The position numbers and the translations under genes were made by a program. Shown here piece by piece: positions 39,260 to 48,755 of a stretch of DNA of 64,000 bases (the first letter of the stretch is position 1; each line of letters opens with the position of its first letter). Source of the DNA: an uncultured Gemmatimonadales bacterium (GTDB lineage: Bacteria; Gemmatimonadota; Gemmatimonadetes; Longimicrobiales; Longimicrobiaceae); contig OY970303.1 in the NCBI GenBank assembly GCA_963716255.1, positions 2,528,001-2,592,000 of the forward strand, read 5' to 3'. The notes beneath the pieces were generated by a model. That model was not told where the DNA came from and did no database searches. It saw only the letters and a program-made list of their open reading frames with translations.

Positions 39260-41062
39260 ATGATCGCTGCCCTGTTCGCCCTTTTCGCAGCCGCGCCGCA
39301 GCAGGCCGCCCAGGACACCGCCCACATCAAGCAGGGTGTGGACTACCGCGTGGAAGCCCGCCTGGACGAGACCACCAACGTGCTCGCCGGGCGGGCGCGC
39401 CTGCGCTACACCAACCACTCCCGGACCGCGCTCGACACCCTCTACTTCCACCAGTACCTGAACGCGTTCCGCCCCAACAGCGCGTGGGCGCGGCGCGAGA
39501 TGCAGTTCGGGAACCGGCGCTTCCAGGACCTGGGGCCGGAGGACCACGCCTTCGAGCGGTTCCGCGCCGTGGAAGTGGACGGGCGGGCGGTGGCCCCGGT
39601 GTACCCCGGCGCGCCCGACTCCACGGTGGTGGCGATCCCCCTCCCCGCCCCCCTGGCCCCGGGCGCCACGGCGACGGTGCGGATGGACTGGGACGCGCGC
39701 CTTTCCACCGTGCCGCGGCGGCAGGGGCGGCGCGGGCGGCACTTCGACTTCGCGCACTGGTACCCGCGCATCGCCCCCTTCGACCGGGGCGGCTGGCAGC
39801 CGCACCCGCTCCTCCCGCAGGGCGAGTTCTACGGCGACTTCGCCTCGTACGACGTGACGCTGGAGCTGCCGGAGGACCAGGTGGTCGCGGCCACCGGCGT
39901 TCCCGTGGACGGCGACCCGGGGTGGCGCACCGGCGGGCAGATCCCGCCCCCGGAGGCGCTCCGCCGCGACGCCTACCCCGCGCGCCCCGCCGAGGCGCTG
40001 GGGCTGCTCGCGGGGGAGGCCGGCGCCGGGCGCAAGCGCATCCGCTGGCGCGCGGAGGACGTGCACCACTTCGCCTGGAACACCTCGCCCACCTTCCGCT
40101 ACGACGGCGTCATCCGCACCTCGCTGGACGACGCGGGCAACGCCACCCCGCTCCCCAGCATCCACGTGCTCTACGAGCCGTCGGACACCGGCTGGAGCGG
40201 CAACGTGACGCGCCACACCTTCAACGCGGTGAGCTGGCTCCAGGGGATCTTCGGCCCGTACCTGTGGCCGCAGCTCACCATCACCAGCCGCGCGGAGGGG
40301 CGCGGGGGGACGGAGTACCCCATGCTGGTCATGAACGCATCCCCCTCGGAGGGGCTGGTGGTGCACGAGGTCACGCACCAGTGGCTGCACGGGATGCTCG
40401 CCAACAACGAGTGGCAGGCGGGGTGGCTGGACGAGGGCTTCACCTCGTTCGTGACGGACTGGTACTTCGAGGAGAAGGGGCAGGCGAACGTCTGGGACCA
40501 GACGATGGAGAGCCTGGCGGACCGGGAGCGCCGCGGGCTGTCGCAGCCGGTGGGGCTGCCGGGCGAGGCGTTCCGCGACATGTCCACCTACAGCTCCATG
40601 ACCTACGACAAGGCGTCCGTGGTCTTCCGCATGCTCCGCGAGCTGCTGGGCGAGGACGTCTTCCGCCGCGTGATGCGCGCCTTCTACGACCGCCACAAGC
40701 TCCAGCACGTGGACGAGGCGGATCTCGCCGCCGTGGCGGAGGAAGTGAGCGGCAGGGAGCTGGACTGGTTCTTCCGGCAGTGGCTGCACACCACGGACAC
40801 GCTGGACTACGGCATCGGCAAGGCAGGCACGGCGCGCCTGCCCGACGGCCGGTGGCGGACCACGGTGGAGGTGCTGCGCCTGGGCCGCGCCTGGATGCCG
40901 GTGCAGCTCCAGGTGGGCGGGACGACCCGCACCCTGGACTCGCGGGAGCCGCGCCAGGTGGTGGAGGTGGTGACGCGCGAGCGTCCCCGCGAGGCGGTGC
41001 TGGACCCGCGCGCGGTACTGCTGGACCTGGACCGCACCAACAACCGCGCCGAGATCCGGTAG
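39260..41062 (+). CDS. M1-family metallo-aminopeptidase, secreted
   Basis: GGTEYP (GAMEN-like), HEVTH...WLDEGF, YDKA, signal peptide. Confidence 0.9.
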   Translation: MIAALFALFAAAPQQAAQDTAHIKQGVDYRVEARLDETTNVLAGRARLRYTNHSRTALDTLYFHQYLNAFRPNSAWARREMQFGNRRFQDLGPEDHAFERFRAVEVDGRAVAPVYPGAPDSTVVAIPLPAPLAPGATATVRMDWDARLSTVPRRQGRRGRHFDFAHWYPRIAPFDRGGWQPHPLLPQGEFYGDFASYDVTLELPEDQVVAATGVPVDGDPGWRTGGQIPPPEALRRDAYPARPAEALGLLAGEAGAGRKRIRWRAEDVHHFAWNTSPTFRYDGVIRTSLDDAGNATPLPSIHVLYEPSDTGWSGNVTRHTFNAVSWLQGIFGPYLWPQLTITSRAEGRGGTEYPMLVMNASPSEGLVVHEVTHQWLHGMLANNEWQAGWLDEGFTSFVTDWYFEEKGQANVWDQTMESLADRERRGLSQPVGLPGEAFRDMSTYSSMTYDKASVVFRMLRELLGEDVFRRVMRAFYDRHKLQHVDEADLAAVAEEVSGRELDWFFRQWLHTTDTLDYGIGKAGTARLPDGRWRTTVEVLRLGRAWMPVQLQVGGTTRTLDSREPRQVVEVVTRERPREAVLDPRAVLLDLDRTNNRAEIR

Positions 41063-41171
41063 CCGCGCGGGCCGCGCGGTGCCCCGGCACGGGCGGCTCC
41101 CCGCCGGAAACGCTCCTCCCGCCCGGCCCCGCCGGGCGGGAGGTCCCGGTCTGCTCCCACCGCGCACCGCG

Positions 41172-41561
41172 ATGATCCTCCTTTCCCTCGCCGTCGGCGG
41201 CATCTTGGGCACCCTGGCCCGCTACGGCCTGGCCGGCTGGGTGCAGGGATGGGCGGGAGCCTCCTTTCCCTGGGGCACCTTCGCCGTCAACCTCCTGGGC
41301 TCCTTTCTCCTGGGGCTGGCGCTGCGCGGCTCGGAGGCCGCCGCATTCTCCCCCGAGACGCGCGCGCTGCTGACCACCGGCTTCTGCGGCGCGTTCACCA
41401 CCTTCAGCACGCTGAGCTGGGAAACGGTCGCGCTCCTCCAGGCCGGCGCCTGGGGCCGCGCCGGCGCCTACGCCCTGGGCAGCCTGGGCCTCGGCCTCGC
41501 CGCCGTGTGGGCCGGCCTCTCGCTGGCGCCCGTCGTGCTGGGATCTCACTCCGCCACCTGA
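41172..41561 (+). CDS. crcB: Fluoride channel Fluc/CrcB
   Basis: GG..G.LARY, FPWGTFAVN..GSF, TTGFCGAFTTFST. Confidence 0.93.
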   Translation: MILLSLAVGGILGTLARYGLAGWVQGWAGASFPWGTFAVNLLGSFLLGLALRGSEAAAFSPETRALLTTGFCGAFTTFSTLSWETVALLQAGAWGRAGAYALGSLGLGLAAVWAGLSLAPVVLGSHSAT

Positions 41562-41744
41562 GCTCCCCACGGCGCGCGCTCCGGCGGGCTCCGGGTACGG
41601 GGTCGGCCTGGGAATGCTCCTCCGGCAGTGCAAAACCCGAAGGGACTCGCCAGAGCACTCGCCCACCCTCCGAGCAAGGGCGAGATCACGCTGGCTTCGA
41701 ACATACGCTCTCCTGCGCAGCCTCCCCCGACCTCCCGGCGCAGA

Positions 41745-41986
41745 TCCTGGGCGGGCGTGCTGGAGTGGGTGCGCCCCCCGGCCGGGAGCACGGCGTTCCC
41801 GCGCCGGGTGCCGGAGGTGGAGGCGTTCGCGGAGGCGCTGCGGGAGGAGGAGGGGGTGCTGGTGCTGCCGGGAACGCTCATGGCCTACCCGGCAGGCACT
41901 TCCGCGTCGGCTACGGGCGCACGGGGATGCCGGCGGCGCTGGACGGCCTGGGACGCTTCCCGGAGCGCCGCTTCGAGCGGCCGTAG
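41745..41986 (+). pseudogene. C-terminal fragment of a class I/II PLP aminotransferase, frameshifted
   Basis: LEWVRPPAGSTAFP...EEEGVLVLPG in one frame, HFRVGYGR in another. Confidence 0.6.
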
Positions 41987-42399
41987 CCACGGCGGCGACA
42001 ACCATTCCTGTTCTCCCGCACTTCTGGTGAAGGCAGACGGCGGCACGCCGGCGGAAGCCGGGAGGCCGCGCGACACGCACCTCTGTCCATCATGCCTCGC
42101 CACCGGCGGACGTAGCACCGAAGTGCGATGAAGCTGTGCCGCGCATGACCCTCATCGCGGCGCCACCCGACCGCGGCCGGGTGGCGCTTTTCCGTTTTTC
42201 CGCGTGCGTCGGCTCTGCGCTCTTTGCTCGCCCCCCGCCCCCGAAAGGGGCCACGGCGAGCCGCTCTTGCTTCGTGCATGGGCATTTTTTCGCCCTGGCG
42301 GGGAATCTTTCGTCCTGCAACATCAAGGTTGGCCGACCCGGCCTGACAAGACATTTTATGCGATGCGACTCCCCGCATGTGGCCCGCCCTGGCGTGGAG

Positions 42400-42790
42400 C
42401 CACGCACGAACGCGTGTTGCGCCGGTGCACGTACAACGGTCCATGCGCAGACAGATCCTTGCCCCCTGCGTGTCGCCGGACGATCCGTCGCTGACCTCCG
42501 GAACAGCGGTCTCGATCATCACTCGAACCCGCTCCTGCCTGGAACCTGTTCGAGGCGGGAAGAGGGGTGACCACGTACCGTTGGAACAACGGCCAGTCCA
42601 GCACGATCACCTACCACGGTCAACAACAACTCGGGCGTTTGCTCTCGGTAACCGCGACCGGCATGACCACGGCGGGGCAGTTCGCCGGCAGCACCGCAAT
42701 GCGGCAGATCACGAATCCATCGGTCAACCTGCTGGATTGCCTTCCAGCCCCAGGCTCACGAGCAGGTTCGGCACGGTAGTCTGCGAGAGA
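42400..42790 (+). pseudogene. Decayed paralogue of the 42869 lipoprotein
   Basis: Fragments CVSPDDPSLTSG and YRWNNGQSSTITY...TGMTTAGQFAG...NLLDCL in different frames. Confidence 0.5.
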
Positions 42791-42868
42791 TCCTTCGTCG
42801 CAGATCCGCGCCGCCCCGGCCGGGTCTTCCGGCCGGCGCGGCAGATCCACATTCAAAGGGGGAACATC

Positions 42869-43438
42869 ATGAACACGCCTCGCCTGCTGCTGCTGGCCGG
42901 AGCCGCGCTCGTAGCGGCCGCCTGCGCTGACCAGACGCCCACCACCGCGCGGCGGTTCGCGCCCGACACGCCGCGGATGGCGAGCGTGGACGGCGCGTGC
43001 ACCGGCACGTTCACCCTCTCGTTCGATCCGGCGCTCACGAACCAGCCGGATTCGATCACCATCACGGGATCCAATACCTACAACTGCACGTTGGGTGCGT
43101 CGAGCGGCATCAGCGCGCCCGCGTCCGTGACCATCTTCACGAGCTGCCTGGTGAACCTGCTCGAGGCCGTGCCGTCCACGGACGAGGTCGTGACCTGGAC
43201 GGGCGGCACCGGCCCCTCGACCAGCACCATCCGCTACACCACCATGACCGTGGGCGCCGGGGTCGTCACCTCGCAGGGGACCGTAACGTCGGGACGGTTC
43301 CTGGGCGACGCGGTCGTACGGGCGGTCGTGCCGACGAGTTCGTCGGGAAGCAATCCCCTCCTGTGCCCGCTCGGGCTGGGCAACGTGACGGGATCCAACG
43401 GCACCGTCGTGCTCACGATCACCGACACGAGCGTCTGA
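42869..43438 (+). CDS. Hypothetical Thr/Ser-rich beta-sandwich lipoprotein
   Basis: RBS AGGGGG, lipobox VAAAC, four further Cys. Confidence 0.75.
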   Translation: MNTPRLLLLAGAALVAAACADQTPTTARRFAPDTPRMASVDGACTGTFTLSFDPALTNQPDSITITGSNTYNCTLGASSGISAPASVTIFTSCLVNLLEAVPSTDEVVTWTGGTGPSTSTIRYTTMTVGAGVVTSQGTVTSGRFLGDAVVRAVVPTSSSGSNPLLCPLGLGNVTGSNGTVVLTITDTSV

Positions 43439-43679
43439 GCGCCCCCCGATGGCGATCAGAGCGGTGTTGCCCTGGCTCACCGCAATATCCGGAGAGGAGT
43501 CGAGGCGGGAGAGTCGGGCCGTGTTCCCGTGAGCGCACGAGCGCCCGCCGGCTGACCAGCAGGACCGTCGCCGGGAGCTTCCCGGCGACGCATCGGCATG
43601 TCCAACTCGGAGTCCGCGGCACGCCGGCTTGGAGTTTCCGGCCGGCGCGCCCACCCTCCACGCCCACCGACACCGGGCC

Positions 43680-43830
43680 GGCGGCCCCCGCGGTCCCGCG
43701 GCTGGACCTGGATCTGGCCAACGTCACCTGCGCGGGCACGCAGACAACGACGTTCACACCGGCCTGCTGCTGACGCCGCAGACAACCCACATCCACCTCA
43801 ACTCTTCGCCGATATGCGCTCGCCCTGGCG
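43680..43830 (+). pseudogene. N-terminal fragment of another paralogue of the 42869 family
   Basis: VTCAGTQTTTFT then GLLLTPQTTHI across a frameshift, resembling CTGTFTLSFDPALTNQP. Confidence 0.4.
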
Positions 43831-44060
43831 GCCTGCTCCGATCAGTTATACTCTCTACAAACCCTGTATCTCGTCCGACGGGGAAGAGGGACCATCGTCC
43901 CGCCCGCGCCAGACTGCCCCTAGTAAATGCGAATTACGTCGCTCCTTTCGAAGCTTAATATTTCTTGATATGCGATTGGTGCGGTTTCACCCGAAAACGC
44001 CTTCGCCCGCATGGGTACGACGTTCGGCTATCAGTAACGCGAGTTTGGACCGGAGGCGTC

Positions 44061-44501
44061 ATGATGGGAAAATCAATCAGGGCGGACGATGGAGGCGGCA
44101 GGCCGGCCGCGAGCGCTACGGATCCGCAGCATGCGCCGTCCATGGGCGATGGGAGGACGGCGCCGTTTCTCCATCGTGTCCTGGTGCGCGCGAACGAGCG
44201 CAACGTGCTGGTAAACATGAACGACATCCGATGGATCGGGGCCGAGCGGAGCTACGCGCGGATCCACCTGGCGTCGGTTTCCTACTCGATTCGCATCTCG
44301 CTGGGCCGGATGGCGGAACGGCTCGATCCCGACCGGTTCGCGCGCATCCACCGGTCCACCATCGTCAACCTGGACCACGTGCGCGAGGTGGTGCGCTGGT
44401 TCGGCAGCGACTACCTCGTGCGGCTCCACAACGGTGCCGAGCTGCGGCTGTCCCGGAGCTACTGGCGCAGGCTAAAGGAGAGGCTGATGGTGGTGGAATA
44501 G
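44061..44501 (+). CDS. Stand-alone LytTR DNA-binding domain protein
   Basis: IRWIGAERSYARIH, RFARIHRSTIVN, LSRSY. No receiver domain. Confidence 0.75.
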   Translation: MMGKSIRADDGGGRPAASATDPQHAPSMGDGRTAPFLHRVLVRANERNVLVNMNDIRWIGAERSYARIHLASVSYSIRISLGRMAERLDPDRFARIHRSTIVNLDHVREVVRWFGSDYLVRLHNGAELRLSRSYWRRLKERLMVVE

Positions 44502-44656
44502 GATCTTCAATCGGTGCCGTCACCACAGGGACACCGGAGGTGGATCATGATGCGCGCGCCCCCGCGGCCCCGTCCAACTTCGCCGGGGGAACGCACAGCA
44601 CCATCCGCAACGGTACGGAATCACGTCGGCGGCGAGCCGATGGAAAGCTGTGGCGT

Positions 44657-45180
44657 TTACATCGAGATCAGGCCGATGCGGATGGCGTGCCGCACCAAGT
44701 TGGCGGTGGAGTGCGCTTCCAGCAATTCCATGATCCTGTACTTGTGCGTCTCGGCGGTGCGTCGCGATATGTTGAGAAGGACGGCAACCTGCTTCATGCT
44801 GCGCCCCTGGGCCACCAACTGCAGCACCTGATGCTGGCGCGGCGTCGGCATTGGCGGGCCCGAAAAGGGCGGCGGTCAGGTCGCGGGCGATCAGCGGGGT
44901 GATGAATACGCGGCCGGCGGCCACCTCGCGTACCGCCTGAAAAAGCTCCTCGCTGGAGGAGAGCTTGAAGATGTAGCCCGCTGCCCCGGCCCGCATCGCG
45001 TCCGCAGTGACAACCACCACCCGGGCCCGCAGCGCCGCCCGCGCGATGTCGCGGATCGGACCGACCCGGTTCAACAGCGGCATGGTGATGTCGGTCATCA
45101 CCACGTCGGGCTTTCAGGACAGCCGCCGCGGCTACCAGGCACTTTGCCAGCAGCTTCGTGCGTGAGAAATGCGTGTCGCC
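44657..45180 (-). pseudogene. Frameshifted NarL/LuxR-family response regulator
   Basis: Receiver fragment DVVMTDITMP...GAAGYIFK in one frame, HTH VLQLVAQGRSMKQVA..LNISRRTAETHK in another. Confidence 0.75.
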
Positions 45181-45449
45181 CATCAATCAGCCTGATGGAC
45201 AACACGAGTTCCGGGCTCTTCCGCATTTTTGGTGACGCCGAAGTAAACGAACCCACTGTTGGAATTGCAGTTGCCGATTCCCGGCATCGGGTTTGGGGTC
45301 GTTCGTGTAAGCCGAGCTTCGATCGCGACTTACGATCCGCCATTCACCAAAAGTGCGGAAGAGCCAACCATTCCGCGCCGGGCGGTGTCGTACTTCCTGG
45401 TACCCTCGCGGGGAGGCTGCCGCGAACGACCCGGAAACCGGAGGACGCC

Positions 45450-46043
45450 ATGAGACGGATGCTCGTCTGCCTTGCCGTGCTGGCCGCGGTGGGCGCGCAG
45501 GCGCTGGAAGCCCAGGAGTGCCGCACCCGCGGAAACCGCACGGAGTGCCGCAGCCGCACGGGGAGCTGGGCCATCGTGCACGACCGCTCGCCCTCGCGCT
45601 CGCCGTGGGAGGCGGCGCAGTTCGGCGTGCGGGGCGGCTACGACTTCGAGGAGGACGTGGGGAGCGCCGGGGCCCAGCTCCGCATTCCCGTGGTGCCGCA
45701 GCTGCTGCTGGTGCCCAGCGCGGACGTGTTCTTCGGGGACGGCGACGACGAAGGGGGCGGCGCGGAGTGGCAGCTCAACGGCGACCTGGTGCTCCGGCCG
45801 GCCGGGCTGGGCGGGCTGTACGGCGGGGTGGGGGTCGCCTTCCTGAACCGCGACGACGTGGAGGACGGAGACGGGGACGACGACGAGACGGAGGTGGGCT
45901 ACAATCTCCTCCTGGGGCTGGAGAGCGGGCGCATCGGGGGCACCAGCCTGCGGCCGTTCGTGGAGGCCCGCTGGACCGCCGTGGACGACTACCAGCCCTT
46001 CCGGCTGGCGGCGGGGTTCAACGTGCCGATCTCGGGATTCTGA
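45450..46043 (+). CDS. Small outer-membrane beta-barrel protein
   Basis: RBS GGAGG, signal peptide, alternating strands (GLYGGVGVAF, PFVEARW), terminal Phe. Confidence 0.75.
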   Translation: MRRMLVCLAVLAAVGAQALEAQECRTRGNRTECRSRTGSWAIVHDRSPSRSPWEAAQFGVRGGYDFEEDVGSAGAQLRIPVVPQLLLVPSADVFFGDGDDEGGGAEWQLNGDLVLRPAGLGGLYGGVGVAFLNRDDVEDGDGDDDETEVGYNLLLGLESGRIGGTSLRPFVEARWTAVDDYQPFRLAAGFNVPISGF

Positions 46044-46064
46044 GGTACTGCTCCGGCAGGGTTC

Positions 46065-46193
46065 GGGCGTGCCCCCGGCTGGCGCCCGGGTCGGGCTTCG
46101 GCTCCGTAACGCACGAAACAACCGTGCGTAACGGAATCGAGCCCCCGCAAACTGCCGCGGGGTCTCGCCCCTCCGGGCCGAAATCCCTCACGC
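46065..46193 (-). repeat. Repeat family A, copy 6
   Basis: Reverse complement of the scaffold. Confidence 0.95.
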
Positions 46194-46219
46194 GGGTTTT
46201 GCGCTGGCGTCCGCGGGGG

Positions 46220-46268
46220 CCCCCACCCCGGCGCTGCGCGCCGCCCTCCCCCGCAGGCGGGGGAGGGG
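46220..46268 (+). repeat. Family-B-like palindrome
   Basis: CCCCCACCCCGG...CCCTCCCCCGC-AG-GCGGGGGAGGG. Confidence 0.55.
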
Positions 46269-46273
46269 CCGAC

Positions 46274-46314
46274 AAAAAGGGACCGGGAGCGTGATCGCTC
46301 CCGGTCCCTTTTTT
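46274..46314. terminator. Bidirectional intrinsic terminator
   Basis: AAAAAGGGACCGGGAGCG-TGAT-CGCTCCCGGTCCCTTTTTT between convergent genes. Confidence 0.85.
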
Positions 46315-46334
46315 CAGTGGCGCTCGGCCCGCGG

Positions 46335-46733
46335 CTATCCGTCCTGCGACGCCTCGCCGCGGATCGACTCGATCCAGGCGGGGATGGGCAGGTTGGCCGT
46401 TCGGTAGCCGTCCTCGGCCATGGCGAGGAAGGCGTCCACCAGGGCCTGGCGCTGGCCGGGCGGGATCCCCGCCGTGAGCAGCTCCAGCGCCGCCGCCGCG
46501 GTGTCCGCGTCCAGCGCACCCCACCCGCCCTGCTGCGCTACGTGGCGCATGTACCAGCTCACCAGTTTGCGCTCGGTGGATGCGTGCAACCGGGTCCCGT
46601 CGAGCACCTTCCGCAGCCCGGTCGGGCTCATCCCGGTCTCGCGCGCGGCCTGGCGGAGCGACGTCTGCTCCGCCCACCTGGCCACCGTCTCCCGGACCCG
46701 GGAGAGGGCCAGCCCCTGCTTACGGGCGTACAT
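46335..46733 (-). CDS. Small HTH-like hypothetical protein
   Basis: RBS GGAGG before ATG, SLRQAARETGMSPTGLRKVLDG. Confidence 0.65.
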   Translation of the reverse strand: MYARKQGLALSRVRETVARWAEQTSLRQAARETGMSPTGLRKVLDGTRLHASTERKLVSWYMRHVAQQGGWGALDADTAAAALELLTAGIPPGQRQALVDAFLAMAEDGYRTANLPIPAWIESIRGEASQDG

Positions 46734-47585
46734 GGACGCCTCCGTAGCAGGAGTTGAGGGGAGCACCCGGGTGTGCTCTACGTAAACTATCCGCGCGCGT
46801 ACACCGGGTAGTATAGCAGCCCCCGGAGGGGTCCACAAGCAAGGGGAGGCCGCAAGTGTTTCCCCCCGCCGCGTCGGGTCCCCGGGGCGTGAGCCCTCTG
46901 TGGGTGCCCGCCTTCTCCTGTCCCTTTCGGCTCCGCGAATCGTCACTGCGCATACCTGCCGTCCCTGCAGGGTGTCCGATGATTTCACTTCCCGGGCACC
47001 AAATGTAGACCGAAGAAAAACCGAAATCAAGTCTCTCGCTGTCGGATTCTGTTCGTAAGTGAAAGTGGACGCGGGGGTTCTGGAGCGGGACACCGCGCCG
47101 GCCCACGCGATCCGCCGGTGCGCGGGACCCTCAAAGTAGACGCGGGATTCCGGGCGGAGCCGCCGCCCATCCGGATCCCGGACCCGAAGACGGCCACCCG
47201 TCGCCAATCCACCCGTCGCCAATCCACCTCGCGGTCCACCTCCACGGCGAAGAAGGTGCTCGGCTCCAGCTCCCCGCCACGCATGGGCCAAGGGCCACGT
47301 ACACCGCGATCTCCAGTCCAGGTGGGGAAGCCGTCTCTCCGGCCTCCAAGGTAACCCTTGGCACCTGCCAGGCGGGAACGGGCGGGTGCAAACGCGGCTT
47401 TCCTCGCATCTGCACTGCGACAGGCATTCCTCAGGTGGGGAACGCCTGTCTCGGTCCCGGAGCCGCCCCGGCAGCGGGATCGCCAGCAACGGCGCCAAAG
47501 TGACGCGAGGCACACCTCCTGCCTGCCGTGCCGCCGATCGAGCCGTGTACGCCCGCACGGCGAGAAGCCCCCTCCCCGCGTGAAC

Positions 47586-48551
47586 ATGCCTTCCCTCCCC
47601 GCATACACCCGGTCCGTCGCCTTCCTGGCCGCTGCCCACGCCCTTGCATTCGCCGCGACCGACTGGGGCCTGAACCTCCCTTATCGCCTGGGAGAGGCGA
47701 TGGGCTCCACCATGTTCGCCTGCGCGCTCGTCAGCGTGGTGCTGGCGTGGCGGCGCTCCACGCGAAAGCACATTCCCCTGGCGACGCTCCTCGTGGTGCT
47801 GGTCGCCGTGGTCTACCCGGACTCCACCCGCGCAAGCGACCGCGAATCCGTCGAGGCGGACCTGGCGGCGATGAACGGGATGCTCGACGATTCCGTGCGC
47901 GTGTCTACGGTCGCGGCAGACGCTCCGTGGCCGGCGGGATCGTACGCGCGCTCCGTGCGGGCGACGAGGGAAGCCTCCGAGGACGTGCGAGGCTGGATGG
48001 ATTCGCTCCTGGCCGAGTACCGGATCGAGTCCGTCACGGACCCTGAAGGCTGGCTTTCCGCCCCCTACCTCGCCGACGCGGGCCGGTATCCGGAGGTGGG
48101 AGACTTCTACGCCCGCTACGGAGAGTACATGGGTCGGGTCAGGAAGGAGGTCGCTCCACGCGCGGACTCCGTGGCCCGCTTTCACCTGGAGGAAGCAGGT
48201 CTTTCCGCGAATGGCCAAAGGAGCTATCTGAGGGGAATCCGCGACGGCATCGCTTCCAGGGAAGGCTCCTTCGAAGCCGTCCAGCGATTGTGCCGCGACG
48301 CCGTGGAGCTTCACGCCTTCCTGGTCCGCGTCGACCCGCGCGTGCACCTGGACCCGGACGGCGCCACCGCCCGCTTCGAGGATCCGGCGGAACGGAAGCA
48401 GGCTGAAGCGCTGCTCCAGGCAGTGCAGGCCGAGGCCGCGGCGCTGGAACGGCTGCGCGAGCAGGCGCGCCGGAGCAGAGTCGCGGCGTTCGACAGCATC
48501 CGCAGCCTTCTGCCCCCCACGCCGGAACTCGTCCCGGACGGCGGAACCTGA
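47586..48551 (+). CDS. Hypothetical membrane protein (three N-terminal TM segments plus a helical domain)
   Basis: Open frame with hydrophobic N-terminal helices; codon usage less GC-biased. Confidence 0.6.
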   Translation: MPSLPAYTRSVAFLAAAHALAFAATDWGLNLPYRLGEAMGSTMFACALVSVVLAWRRSTRKHIPLATLLVVLVAVVYPDSTRASDRESVEADLAAMNGMLDDSVRVSTVAADAPWPAGSYARSVRATREASEDVRGWMDSLLAEYRIESVTDPEGWLSAPYLADAGRYPEVGDFYARYGEYMGRVRKEVAPRADSVARFHLEEAGLSANGQRSYLRGIRDGIASREGSFEAVQRLCRDAVELHAFLVRVDPRVHLDPDGATARFEDPAERKQAEALLQAVQAEAAALERLREQARRSRVAAFDSIRSLLPPTPELVPDGGT

Positions 48552-48571
48552 CCTGCCGCCGGCGCGAGCCC

Positions 48572-48700
48572 GCGTGAGGGATTACGGCCCGAAGGGGCGA
48601 GACCGCGCGGCTGTTTGCGCGGGCTCGACTCCGTTGGCCCGCGTTGTTTGCGGGCTTACGGAGCCGAAGCCCGACCCCGGCGCCAGCCGGGGGCACGCCC
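48572..48700 (+). repeat. Repeat family A, copy 7
   Basis: Same scaffold. Confidence 0.95.
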
Positions 48701-48755
48701 GAACCCGCCGTCGAAGCAGTTCCCCGGCACCGGACCAACCCCTAGATTCCGGGCC

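Noticed and set aside
41063..41171. Fluoride riboswitch upstream of crcB
   Set aside because: The conserved GGCGATG...CTGATG pattern is not visible.
46750..47580. Possible ORFs in the AT-richer gap
   Set aside because: Only short, motif-free ORFs and a trivial tandem repeat (CCACCCGTCGCCAAT x2) are present.
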